Source: Macrostomum lignano (Eukaryota). From it: a stretch of 64,000 nucleotides of DNA. The stretch lies in the NCBI GenBank assembly GCA_002269645.1, contig NIVC01001989.1:1-64000 (forward strand). The letters run 5' to 3'. How positions within the stretch are numbered: position 1 is the stretch's first letter; every line of letters starts with the position of its first letter. Both the position numbers and the translations under genes were made by a program. This document shows, in pieces, positions 50,943-63,189 of the stretch. Under the pieces are notes generated by a model. The model saw only the letters and a program-made list of their open reading frames with translations, made no database searches and had not been told where the DNA came from.

Positions 50943-51174
50943 TAGAGGCAGGGGGGTTGTGTGCACCCTGGCCCACTTTAAGCGACATTGTCACACAACC
51001 GGCGAGAGGCATTACTGCCCATTCCACCGACTCCCCTGAGCAGGCACACAAGCGCGCGGATACGTACGCAGTCATACGCACAGGCACACACTCACACAGG
51101 AGTGTACAGTGGCCCTAACTTTATTTATCGTTAGGCATGTACACTTCACTGTGCCTTGGGGGTTGGCCTTCAAG
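50943..51174. repeat. About 200-bp interspersed repeat, copy 2 (direct orientation)
   Basis: Diverged direct copy of 49115-49323. Confidence 0.85.
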
Positions 51175-51726
51175 GGCGTTACGCTCGTAATTGCACGAGC
51201 AGAGCCAAACCGAGATTCCAATTTAGCCCCAAATTAATGTGACTGCACTTGGAATCGAGCCTGGGCCGCTGGCATATCAGAGTGCGGTAGGCTACAGCAA
51301 CTCAGGGCATATTGCAGAATATCCTACGCCACGTGACGACAGTCAAAGGCATTTTTAGAGTTGACTGTTATAATAGTTAGGCATTGTTGGGCTAAGATAA
51401 CGCTGCAAAAATATCAGGTCAAGCCATATATTTTAGTTTTTTAAATTGTTTGAAAAAGTACTTCAGTGATTGTTTCTGTTCAATAAAAATTTAAAACCTA
51501 GTTTTCAAAGCAAAAAAATTGTTTTTAAAACCAAATTAAAAAATCAACAAACTGCTGTAGTAATTTAGAATTCACTTCAAACAAGCTGATTCATTTTTCT
51601 TTGATTAAAACTGATAGCAAAAAAATTTTTAACTGTGTTAAAATCAACCGAGCTACTAAACTCGACAAAAACGTCAGTCGCCGTATAAATATTAGTGAGT
51701 TAGTAGCCAAATCTTAATAAACTTAC

Positions 51727-51830
51727 AAGCAGAGGTACAAGATTATAATTAAGATCTTTCGGCGTCAGACTGTCAATAAAGGCGAGCCTGTTGCCGATTG
51801 TGCCATCAAATGTGAAGAAGAATAGCACTC
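51727..51830 (-). CDS. SLC44A: SLC44A exon
   Basis: GVLFFFTF..PKDLNYNLVPLL, similar to CTL LNYYWVPIL. Donor CTT|GTAAGT. Confidence 0.85.
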
Positions 51831-51949
51831 CTATATTGGGGACGGGTGGTGCCACAGCGGTGCTTTTAGAAGTCTCATTCACCTGAGCAGCTTTTTACAT
51901 AATAGTTAACTAAATACACTTTGTTTAGTACGGTAGGTACTGGTCACAG

Positions 51950-52655
51950 CCTAAGCCTGGGGATCTGGGGAGACGGTGGCGCCCCGGCCTGGGGATATGG
52001 GAAGGGGGTGGCGCCCCAGCCTGGGGATCTGGGGAGATGGTGGCGCGCCCCAGCCTGAGGATCCGGGGAGATGGTGGCGCCCCAGCCTGGGGAGCTGGGG
52101 AGAGGGTGGCGCCCTAGCCTGGGGATCTGGAGAGAGGGTGGCGCCCCAGCCTGGGGATCTGGGGAGATGGTGGCGCGCCCCAGCCTGAGGATCCGGGGAG
52201 ATGGTGGCGCCCCAGCCTGGGGAGCTGGCGAGAGGGTGGCGCCCTAGCCTGGGGATCTGGAGAGAGGGTGGCGCCCCAGCCTGGGGATCTTGGGAGAGGG
52301 TGGCGCCCCAGCCTGGGGAGCTGGAGAGAGGGTGGCGCCCCAGCCTGGGGAGCTGGAGAGAGGGTGGCGCCCTAGCCTGGGGATCTGGGAAGATGGTGGC
52401 GCCCCAGCCTGGGGATCTGGGAAGATGGTGGCGCCCCAGCCTGGGGAGCTGGGGAGAGGGTGGCGCCCTAGCCTGGGGATCTGGAGAGAGGGTGGCGCCC
52501 CAGCCTGGGGATCTTGGGAGAGGGTGGCGCCCCAGCCTGGGGAGCTGGAGAGAGGGTGGCGCCCTAGCCTGGGGATCTGGGAAGATGGTGGCGCCCCAGC
52601 CTGGGGATCTGGGAAGATGGTGGCGCCCCAGCCTGGGGATCTGGGGGAGGGTGGC
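51950..52655. repeat. About 33-bp G-rich minisatellite
   Basis: GGTGGCGCCCCAGCCTGGGGATCTGGGAGAG variants. Confidence 0.95.
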
Positions 52656-53559
52656 GGCTCAAATATTGTCTATCCAAGAAATAAACTAAGGCTGATTGAC
52701 AACAACACGGAGTTGCTATGCAAAAACACTATATATATACATTTTTCAAGCCGCTTGAATTTCTAGTAGATAATATAGAAGTAAAAAAGTATAAATGCTT
52801 TGATAATGCACTGTATTGCGCACTCCAACAAAAAGAAGCACATGACTAGCAAACGAAAAATAAATAAACACAAAGGTGGCACAAAATGTATATTAGTAAT
52901 AGAGACAATAATGCTTAGCAATCATAATAAACGTGTGCGCATATTGATCAACCAAGTCCAACATACCGCCGCATGCATTGCTCGAGCAAACAGAATCCCA
53001 TTACAGCCCCGATAACCTACTAGGAGAGCTTTAAAACATGCAGTGGGTGAAGAGAAATTCTACGCTAGGTGTTAGTAAAAAAGTCAGCAGAGAGGAAAAT
53101 CGAACATGGATTTTCTAGCTGGCACACGACATGAAATAAGCTACAGCTCTGCAGACCCGCGCACACGCCCACACAGATGCAGGAAAGCTAAGCCTAGCAA
53201 ATGGGGCAAGTGCAAATACACACACACATAGCGGTAGAAAAAAGTGCATCCAAGTAGCCATTAATTTCAATGCAGGTCTTACGATAGGCACAGAGTAGCT
53301 GTGAGCGGCTCCGGACTTCGTCATTGGCTCGTCGTGCGGGTGCATGAAGAGATTGAAGATTGCGACTGGCGGGGCCAGAAAAGGAATTTTAGGCGTTCGG
53401 GGATTCGCATTGCGGCTGATTGAAAGCATAGAGGAGCCGACTCTGGTGGCTCTTTTTGTATTGGCATTGCATATGCACTGTCACGCTCTTGATTAGAGAC
53501 AGTGAAAATGAGTCATAGCTCACTTATTGGTTAGAGCAAGGAAACTCGTAGTCTAATCC

Positions 53560-54350
53560 CAGGTTAGAGCCTATGATCTCATAGTCTCACCCCTAGATTA
53601 GGGCCTGGGATCTCATAGTCTCACACCTAGATTAGAGCATGGGATCTAGGATTTCATAGTCTCACCCATAGACTAGAGCATGGGATATGGGATCTCAAAG
53701 TTTCACCCATAGATTAGAGCATGGGATATGGGATCTCAAAGTCTCACCCATAGATTAGAGCATGGGATATGGGATCTCAAAGTCTCACCCATAGATTAGA
53801 GCATGGGATATGGGATCTCAGAGTCTCACCCATAGATTAGAGCATGGGATATGGGATCTCAAAGTCTCGCCTATAGATTAGAGCATGGGATATGGGATCT
53901 CAGAGTCTCACTCATAGATTAGAGCACGGGATATGGGATCTCATAGTCTCACCCATAGATTAGAGTATGGGATCTGGGATCTCTCAAAGTCTCACCTATA
54001 GATTAGAGCTTGGGATCTGGGATCTCAAAGTCTCACCCCTAGAATAAAGCATGGGATCTGGGATCTCATAGTCTCATCCCTAGGCTAGAGCATGAGATTT
54101 CAGTCTCATCTCTTGGTTAGAGCGTTGGATCTCAGTCTCATACCTAGGTTAGAGCATGAGATCTCATAGTCTCATCCCTTGGTTAGGGCATGAGATCTCA
54201 TAGTCTCATCCCTTGGTTAGAGCATGAGATCTCATAGTCTCATCCCTTGGTTAGAGCACGGGATCTCATAGTTTCACCCCTAGGTTAGAGGCTAGGATCT
54301 CATAGTTTTACCCCTAGATTAGAGCGCGAGATCTCATAGTCTCATAGTCT
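53560..54350. repeat. 34-41-bp degenerate minisatellite
   Basis: GATCTCAAAGTCTCACCCATAGATTAGAGCATGGGATATGG. Confidence 0.92.
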
Positions 54351-54559
54351 CTCAGATTAGAGAATGCAATCCGATTCATAGATAAAAGCACAGGATCTCC
54401 TTGGAGTCCTTGGTTTAGTGTTAGATCTCACCATTCGGGCATCGATAGATTATACTTTAAGCTTAAAAGACACACAGGAGATAAACGCTTAATTAAGCAA
54501 CACATATTTAACACACGTCAGAAACTCACTAACAAAAAGTCAATGGTAGCAGGTCTTAC

Positions 54560-54704
54560 CAATAGTGCAAACGATAACCAGTTTGCTAATGAAAAGTACA
54601 AAGTCGGCCACTTTGTCCACAACGGCTACGCGCACAATATTGCGCAATATGAGAAAGAACGAGTCCCTGGCAGCCGAGCAGAAGTTCCTACCGTATATGG
54701 CAAT
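54560..54704 (-). CDS. SLC44A: SLC44A exon
   Basis: IAIYGRNFCSAARDSFFLILRNIVRVAVVDKVADF (read from the reverse strand; not in the ORF track). Confidence 0.93.
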
Positions 54705-54744
54705 CTGGAATACGAGTTATACTAACTGTTGTAATGGCGTCTTG

Positions 54745-55885
54745 TAAAGCTTCTAGTTTGTAAGGTTTCTAGTTTGTCAAGCTTCTAGTTTGTCGAGTTC
54801 TAGTTTGTCAAGCTTCTAGTTTGTCAAGTTCTAGTTTGTCAAGTTCTAGTTTGTCAAGTTTCTAGTTTTTGAGGTTTCTAGTTTGTCAAGTTCTAGTTTG
54901 TCAAGTTCTAGTTTGTCAAGTTTCTAGTTTTTGAGGTTTCTAGTTTGTCAAGTTTCTAGTTTGTGAGGTTTCTAGTTTGTCAAGCTTCTAGTTTGTCGAG
55001 TTCTGGTTTGTCAAGCTTCTAGTTTGTCGAGTTCTAGTTTGTCAAGCTTCTAGTTTGTCAAGTTCTAGTTTGTCAAGTTCTAGTTTGTCAAATTCTAGTT
55101 TATCAAGTTTCTAGTTTTTGAGGTTTCTAGTTTGTCAAGTTCTAGTTTGTCAAGTTCTAGTTTGTCAAGTTTCTAGTTTTTGAGGTTTCTAGTTTGTCAA
55201 GTTCTAGTTTGTCGAGTTCTGGTTTGTCAAGCTTCTAGTTTGTCGAGTTCTAGTTTGTCAAGTTTCTAGTTTTTGAGGTTTCTAGTTTGTCAAGTTCTAG
55301 TTTGTCAAGTTCTAGTTTGTCAAGTTTCTAGTTTGTGAGGTTTCTAGTTTGTCAAGCTTCTAGTTTGTCGAGTTCTGGTTTGTCAAGCTTCTAGTTTGTC
55401 GAGTTCTAGTTTGTCAAGCTTCTAGTTTGTCAAGTTCTAGTTTGTCAAGTTCTAGTTTGTCAAATTCTAGTTTATCAAGTTTCTAGTTTTTGAGGTTTCT
55501 AGTTTGTCAAGTTCTAGTTTGTCAAGTTCTAGTTTGTCAAGTTTCTAGTTTTTGAGGTTTCTAGTTTGTCAAGTTCTAGTTTGTCAAGTTTCTAGTTTTT
55601 GAGTTTCTAGTTTCTCAAGCTTCTAGTTTGTCAAGTTTATAGTTTGTCAAGCTTCTAGTTTGTCAAGTTCTAGTTTGTCAAGTTTCTAGTTTGTCAAGCT
55701 TCTAGTTTATCAAGTTTCTAGTTTTTGAGGTTTCTAGTTTGTCAAGTTCTAGTTTGTCAAGTTCTAGTTTGTCAAGTTTCTAGTTTTTGAGGTTTCTAGT
55801 TTGTCAAGCTTCTAGTTTGTCGAGTTCTAGTTTGTCAAGCTTCTAGTTTGTCGAGTTCTAGTTTGTCAAGCTTCTAGTTTGTGAA
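54745..55885. repeat. 15-16-bp minisatellite
   Basis: TTCTAGTTTGTCAAG(C/T). Confidence 0.97.
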
Positions 55886-55912
55886 AGCGCCCCATTACAA
55901 TTTTAAGCTCAC

Positions 55913-56111
55913 CAGTATGTAAGCGTTGCGATTAAGAAATTTCAGACACTTCTCCAGACACCAGAAGCAGCACTTCAGGCACTTGAGAAAGAATTGACCA
56001 ACTGGATTCTGAGTGTCCTTGAGCTTGTGATCGAGATACTCCAGCATCACCCTGATCAGCTGCACGATGGAAATTATCAGCGAGCCAAACGCGATGGAGC
56101 CCATGTGATAC
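55913..56111 (-). CDS. SLC44A: SLC44A exon
   Basis: [36 protein letters not shown]. Confidence 0.95.
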
Positions 56112-56249
56112 CTGAAATTTTCATACGAAGTACATTTGCGTGGCATTCTACGGACAGTAGAAAAAAACTATTAAAAGTGCAGTAGCTAGTGAAGTACATT
56201 TAAACTCACTGAGATCACTGAAAGACCAATCTGGGTATCTCAGAGACAT

Positions 56250-56540
56250 ATAGGGGTATCACTGAAGCACCTATGGGGTATCACTGAAGCATCTATGGGG
56301 TATCACTGAAGCACCTATGGGGTATCACTGAAGCACCTATGGGGTATCACTGAAGCACCTATGGGGTATCACTGAAGCACCTATGGGGTATCACTGAAGC
56401 ACCTATGGGGTATCACTGAAGCACCTATGGGGTATCACTGAAGCACCTATGGGGTATCACTGAAGCACCTATGGGGTATCACTGAAGCACCTATGGGGTA
56501 TCACTGAAGCACCTATGGGGTATCACTGAAGCACCTATGG
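56250..56540. repeat. 22-bp minisatellite
   Basis: GGGGTATCACTGAAGCACCTAT. Confidence 0.97.
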
Positions 56541-56630
56541 TGTACATAAAGGATAATTGGGGCAGCGGCTCGCTAAAAGAAGCTAAAGGCGGGCCCAAAG
56601 TCAACCAGAATAGGAACTCAGAACACGAAC

Positions 56631-56807
56631 CGAATGCAGCGCCAGAATGAGCTAAGTAGCGGAGTAGCCGGTATGTCGTCAGGCTTCTTAAAAGCAAAGT
56701 AATACGAGGCGAAGGCTCCAGCCAGCGTCATCTCGCACAGAGCGTCAACAAAGTTAAACAGCCAGAAGAACATGAAGATGTTGAACAACTGCATGTAGGG
56801 CCCGAAT
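56631..56807 (-). CDS. SLC44A: SLC44A exon
   Basis: MQLFNIFMFFWLFNFVDALCEMTLAGAFASYYF..KPDDIP. Confidence 0.92.
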
Positions 56808-56901
56808 CTGCGTGTTTTAGTTAGTAATTAGTATACCAAATTTACAAAACAGAACTGCTACATTACATATTACTGAAAGTAGACACACAGTAAAAACTTA
56901 C

Positions 56902-56954
56902 GCGTCATCTCCGTACTTCAAAAAGCGGCACATGGAGCCCGCAACGTTGGTTGA
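56902..56954 (-). CDS. SLC44A: SLC44A 53-nt exon
   Basis: STNVAGSMCRFLKYGDD, flanked by ttacAG and GC|GTAAGT. Phase needed to join its neighbours. Confidence 0.8.
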
Positions 56955-57049
56955 CTGTAATAAAGGATAATGCGTGAATTTAGCTGTTTGCTTGCAAAAT
57001 CGCCTCATCATTGCAAAATTTAAGATATGTAATGATTGGTATTGCTATA

Positions 57050-57540
57050 AGAGCTGTACATTTCTATGCCAGCTGTACATTGCTATGCCAGCTGTACATT
57101 GTTATGCCAACTGTACATTGCTATGCCGACTGTACATTGCTATGCCAGCTTTACATTGCTATGCCGACTGTACATTGCTATGCCAGCTGTACATTGTTAT
57201 GCCAACTGTACATTGCTATGCCAGCTGTACATTGTTATGCCAACTGTACATTGCTATGCCGACTGTACATTGCTATGCCAGCTTTACATTGTTATGCCAA
57301 CTGTACATTGCTATGCCAGCTGTACATTGTTATGCCAACTGTACATTGCTATGCCGACTGTACATTGCTATGCCAGCTTTACATTGCTATGCCGACTGTA
57401 CATTGCTATGCCAGCTTTACATTGTTATGCCAACTGTACATTGCTATGCCGACTGTACATTGCTATGCCAGCTTTACATTGCTATGCCAGCTGTACATTG
57501 CTATGTCAGCTTTACATTGCCATGAGTTGTACATTGCTAT
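57050..57540. repeat. 19-bp minisatellite
   Basis: CTGTACATTGCTATGCCAG. Confidence 0.96.
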
Positions 57541-57709
57541 GCAGATATTGGGATTCTTCAAAAAAAGTTTCACAAAAAGTTCGACAAACTTTCAAGTTCG
57601 TTAGTCGCTAAAATATTTCGAGCAGAAAATGGAGACCTACTCGCAACCAAAACAGTTTCTTAAATATCAAAAGCATATCAATAAAATAAAACGGGCAATC
57701 GGAACTCAC

Positions 57710-58333
57710 ATTAGGATTGCACGGAATCAGATGGGTAAGCAAATCGTTAATCTTCTGCTTGGCTTCCTCGGTGCTTAGCGAAGTAAAATTCAAGTCCGCG
57801 AGAAAAGTCTCATTGTCAATCTGGCGCATCACCGGATCGCCCAAACTGCTAATATGGATAGCCGTGATAATGAAGAACACTAACACGCCAAATTGCAGTA
57901 CAAACGGTAGCAGAGGGAACACCAGACAGGACATCATATGGCCTAGGCAGTGGCTAGTGTGAGAGATCAAAGCTATGGCAATGCAGATTCGCCGGCGCAG
58001 CCAGATCAGCAGGAACAGCACAATGATGAACAGACTACCGGACACGATAGCTAGAAACAGCCAGGTGCGAGACAGGTGCAAATAATAGCCAAAATCGAAA
58101 GTTAGCTTTGTGTTCTTCTCCAACGAATCCGATTGGCCGCGCAAGATAATGTACTTGTACACTGTGAAAGCTGTGGCGGCCGCGAATAGCAGTACAAACA
58201 GTACTATGGATAGGATTACAATTGGCTTGGCCAGGTAGCGGAGCAGAAGCACCCATAGCAGACTGACAGCCACAGCTAGCAGGCAGCCACCGACTATCCA
58301 CTGCCACGACTGCACCACGTCTTCGAATAGCGC
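57710..58333 (-). CDS. SLC44A: SLC44A exon (TM2-5)
   Basis: LFEDVVQSWQWIV..LLLRYLA..LRRRICIAIALI. 624 nt, phase 0/0. Confidence 0.93.
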
Positions 58334-58344
58334 CTACGGGGCCA

Positions 58345-58750
58345 GGGAGATGGCGGTGTGGTTGGGGACTGGCAGGGAGATGGCGGTGTGGTTGGGGACT
58401 GGCAGGGAGATGGCGGTGTGGTTGGGGACTGGCAGGGAGATGGCGGTGTGGCTGGGGACTGGCAGGGAGATGGCGGTGTGGCTGGGGACTGGCAGGGAGA
58501 TGGCGGTGTAGCTGGGGACTGGCAGGGAGATGGCGGTGTGGCTGGGGACTGGCAGGGAGATGGCGGTGTGGCTGGGGACTGGCAGGGAGATGGCGGTGTA
58601 GCTGGGGACTGGCAGGGAGATGGCGGTGTGGCTGGGGACTGGCAGGGAGATGGCGGTGTAGCTGGGGACTGGCAGGGATGGCGGTGGCTGGGGACTGGCA
58701 GGGAGATGGCGGTGTGGCTGGGGACTGGCAGGGAGATGGCGGTGTGGCTG
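58345..58750. repeat. 30-bp minisatellite filling most of an SLC44A intron
   Basis: GGCTGGGGACTGGCAGGGAGATGGCGGTGT. Confidence 0.97.
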
Positions 58751-58795
58751 AATAAGTTCTAGGTTCTCGAACAGCAACGCAGCAAAAGAGCTCAC

Positions 58796-59288
58796 CTGCA
58801 GATAGCTGTACACCTTGATAAACCTAGCCATAGTGTTGGTACCCCTTCGCACGGTGTCCGCCCCGATACTGCGATTGTTAGCGCTGGTAACATTGTTAGG
58901 CAGAGTGGTCATGCTGCTGACAACCCGGCCGCCGACACCCTTCAGCAGTTTTGGCAGGCAGCGGCCAAGCATGCTCACGGACGGCAGGGTGTAGGGTGCG
59001 CACAAGTGATTCTGAACCAGGTCACGGATGCTCAGGGACTGGTACTCAGGTTCCATGGCGTTGCGCCCGCCCAGACAGACCATCTTCTCCCGTTCGGCAG
59101 CAATTGTTGTTTTGACTGGGCCATTCAAATCGCCGCCAGTCTCAGCCAGGTGAGCCGGCAACCAGGCCCACATCCTGGTTGGGCAGCTGGCTACGCACAC
59201 CTGCGGCGTTGGGCAGCCCAGCTGGACTGCGGCCAGGCCCATGCGGGCGCACACGGTCAGATCGAAGAACACCAGGCGGGTCCGGTTT
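58796..59288 (-). CDS. SLC44A: SLC44A exon (extracellular Cys-rich loop)
   Basis: LVFFDLTVC..CPTPQVCVASCP..CAPYTLPS..GRCLP. Donor CAG|GTGAGC. Confidence 0.9.
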
Positions 59289-59319
59289 CTAAGGATGCGG
59301 GAGTGCGGAATGCAAACTG

Positions 59320-60252
59320 GTGCTGTACATTCAGCATGTGAACTGCTGTACATTCAGCATGTGGACTGCTGTACATTCAGCATGTGAACTGCTGTACATT
59401 CAGCATGTGGACTGCTGTACATTCAGCATGTGAACTGCTGTATATTCAGTTTGTGAACTGCTGTACATTCAGCATGTGAACTGCTGTACATTCAGCATGT
59501 GGACTGCTGTACATTCAGCATGTGAACTGCTGTACATTCAGCATGTGGACTGCTGTAGATTCAGCATGTGAACTGCTGTATATTCAGTTTGTGGACTGCT
59601 GTACATTCAGCATGTAGACTGCTGTACATTCAGCATGTGAACTGCTGTATATTCAGCATGTGAACTGCTGTATATTCAGTTTGTGGACTGCTGTACATTC
59701 AGCATGTGGACTGCTGTACATTCAGCATGTGAACTGCTGTATATTCAGCATGTGAACTGCTGTATATTCAGTTTGTGGACTGCTGTACATTCAGCATGTG
59801 GACTGCTGTACATTCAGCATGTGAACTGCTGTATATTCAGTTTGTTGACTGCTGTACATTCAGCATGTGGACTGCTGTACATTCAGCATGTGAACTGCTG
59901 TATATTCAGTTTGTGGACTGCTGTACATTCAGCATGTGGACTGCTGTATATTCAGTATGTGGACTGCTGTACATTCAGCACGTGGACTGCTGTACATTCA
60001 GCATGTAGACTTCTGTACATTCTGCGATCAGACTGCTGTACATTCAGCATGTAGACGGCTGTACATTCTGCGATCAGACTGCTGTACATTCAGCATGTAG
60101 ACTGCTGTACATTCAGCATGTAGACTGCTGTACATTCAGCATGTAGACTGCTGTACATTCAGCATGTGAGCTGCTGTACATTCAGCATGTAGACTGCTGT
60201 ACATTCAGCATGTGAGCTGCTGTACATTCTGCGATCAGACTGCTGTACATTC
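59320..60252. repeat. 23-bp minisatellite
   Basis: CTGCTGTACATTCAGCATGTGGA. Confidence 0.97.
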
Positions 60253-60760
60253 TTAAATGTCTTTATATCAGTAGCTTCAACAGAAGTTGCTATTTTTTTC
60301 TATCGGATAGAGCAAGATAAGTTATCTACAAATCGAGTTAATGGTTAGTATGGATAGAAGGATATATTAGGGGCAAAAGGGTAGAGAGAAACAGCAGGCT
60401 TTTAGTAGAAATAAAGAATACGAGCGCAGCAGTTCGCAAATAGGCTGCGCAATCAGAGAGGATATAGAAGGGAATGATACTATACCATGCGCATATACTA
60501 TTTGCCCAGTGGCAGAGTATGGAAACAAGCATATTATCGTTGCCGCTTGCACTCGCACCAGTTATAGAAGTGGCGCTCCGACACTACTATATTAATGTTA
60601 CACACTGAATAATAATAGGCCAAAGCGGAAATGCAGCCAATGGATTGATAAATTAGACATGGCCTAGCATGAAAATACAGTACAAAATTCCTATCTATAA
60701 AGCTGTTGTATACTAATGTACAAATAAAATCGATGCATATATATGTATGTGCAAGCTTAC

Positions 60761-60836
60761 TGAACATCGCGGCCGCAGATCTGGCCATTAGAATCAGTTG
60801 GATAGATCACGCGCCTGTAGTCGCCTCTGATAAAAG
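60761..60836 (-). CDS. SLC44A: SLC44A exon
   Basis: AFIRGDYRRVIYPTDSNGQICG. Acceptor tttccAG, donor CA|GTAAGC. Confidence 0.9.
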
Positions 60837-60869
60837 CTGGAAATCAAATCAAATTGTCATCAATCATTA

Positions 60870-61625
60870 AGTCCTTCTTCTGCATGCTACTGACCCAATA
60901 AAGTCCTTCTGGGTGCTACTGACCCAATAAAGTCCTTCTGCATGCTACTGACCCAATAAAGTCCTTCTGGGTGCTACTGACCCAATAAAGTCCTTCTGCA
61001 TGCTACTGACCCAATAAAGTCCTTCTGGGTGCTACTGACCCAATAAAGTCTTCTGCATGCTACTGACCCAATAAAGCCCTTCTGCATGCTACTGACCCAA
61101 TAAAGTCCCTCTGGGTGCTACTGACCCAATAAAGTCTTCTGCATGCTACTGACCCAATAAAGCCCTTCTGCATGCTACTGACCCAATAAAGTCCCTCTGG
61201 GTGCTACTGACCCAATAAAGTCCTTCTGGGTGCTACTGACCCAATAAAGTCCTTCTGCATGCTACTGACCCAATAAAGTCCTTCTGGGTGCTACTGACCC
61301 AATAAAGTCTTCTGCATGCTACTGACCCAATAAAGCCCTTCTGCATGCTACTGACCCAATAAAGTCCCTCTGGGTGCTACTGACCCAATAAAGTCTTCTG
61401 CATGCTACTGACCCAATAAAGCCCTTCTGCATGCTACTGACCCAATAAAGTCCTTATGGGTGCTACTGACCCAATAAAGTCTTCTGCATGCTACTGACCC
61501 AATAAAGCCCTTCTGCATGCTACTGACCCAATAAAGCCCTTCTGCATGCTACTGACCCAATAAAGTCCTCCTGGATGCTACTGACCCAATAAAGTCCTCC
61601 TGGATGCTACTGACCCAATAAAGTC
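60870..61625. repeat. 29-bp minisatellite containing AATAAA on the + strand
   Basis: GCTACTGACCCAATAAAGTCCTTCTGGGT. Confidence 0.97.
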
Positions 61626-61687
61626 CTGTTATCTACTAATTAGAACTAAACCTACTAATTAGAACTAAATCTACAGATACTACTCAC

Positions 61688-61810
61688 CAACAGTGGCAAT
61701 CAGCAGTAGCAAGATGACACATGCTACAAAGAGCAGACAACAGACAATGTCAGTGCAGGATCGATTTTCAATTGGTCCTTTGAAGTCTTTGTCGTGGTCT
61801 CTGACTTTGT
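61688..61810 (-). CDS. SLC44A: Choline transporter-like protein (SLC44A2/4/5 type), first visible exon; upstream exon with ATG not found
   Basis: [22 protein letters not shown] matches CTL2 DPTFKGPIYNRGCTDIICC. Confidence 0.9.
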
Positions 61811-63189
61811 CTGCAGAGTAGTAAAACAATTATGAAGTGATGTTTTTCACAAAAACGCAACTTCGAAAAAATATTACAAAGGCTCACTGTATTCAGCTTC
61901 ATCATCCTTGCAGCATCGACCTTTTCCCATAGTCTTATAGGGGACAGATAAAGTGCCAGACAGATAGCATGCAAATAACCAGTATTTTTATTGTTGTATC
62001 AGTCAATAACCATAAAAAGTATACTTTTATTTGCATTTTAATGTAAGAGAAATATCAAAGTGCAAGTACTAAGATATGCTTTATTCATTTTTTATAGATA
62101 AAAAAGATGATTTATTAATGCTACTTTTAACAACACAAAATTTTATGTGCATGTATAAGCCTAAAATAGATCATCATAAACTAAGGCCAAGAACACTAAA
62201 ATAACCTTATTGACCTAAAGTTTTTGTTGTGCATTAGAGCTCAGCCTATAGCTTTAGTGCATTATTGCTTCTCTGTCTATGTTGTATATTATATGACTTA
62301 AGCTTCACTTAACTTTTGTTCTGTTACTGTTTAGTTAGTCTATGGCAGTATACCCTTTTTTGCAGAGCTCCCCTCTCAGTTTCATCCCTTTTCCCATTAA
62401 GACCACATCTAGAGCTACGCATTCAAGATTCCTAATTCAACCATCAAATGCAAACAATAACCTTGCATCATTTATCATTTTAATCTAACATTATCATTCT
62501 GATTTAACACATATCAGTTTTAGACCTAATATAAGCCCACAGACTTATTTTTCCAAATTGTTCAGAATTTAGAACTTGTTTATAATTTTAGATAGCAGCG
62601 TGGCACAGATTTTCATAGGGCTATCTATGCGGGAATTTTCACTAAAAAGGACATCTATGAGACTATAGAATGCTTGAAAGAAATACAACAACAATGACAG
62701 AAATAGTAATGAAACAATTAATTTGATCTGGCTCTTAGTTGGTTCCTATTTATAGTAAAATTTTATTTGTTATTTTAAACAAAACAATATATACAAAATA
62801 TTTAATATTTGCATAGTATAACAAAATAATAGAGTTTTGAAATCAGGCCTACATGTTTCTAAAAAAATTTGCCTACTAAAATTAAAAATAAAAACAAAGT
62901 CTATTATATAAACAAGGACAAATATAATACAAGGTAAATAAAATTATTAAATGTTAAATGTTAAAATTAATCCATGACACTATCCATGACTTGCACCATA
63001 TTGAAGCAACTAGGCCCTAGGCCTATAGTATACGCACTAGCAATCTTTGCCCCCCAATGGGAGATATCTGGATAGAATCCTTGTTCTTTACAAATAACAA
63101 ATAGACAGTGAAATAAAGCCATCATAAATAAACAACAGACATCCTATATACTAAAATTCCCTCTAAAAACAAAACATTCCAAGACAACA

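Noticed and set aside
54543-54747. Plus-strand 60-aa ORFs
   Set aside because: Antisense shadows of the SLC44A exon at 54560-54704.
58334-58795. Minisatellite translated as part of SLC44A (ORF 58334-59353 reads through)
   Set aside because: Canonical CAG|GTGAGC donor at 58795 and cgtAG acceptor at 58334 remove it in phase and restore ..YLQ|ALFEDVVQSW.
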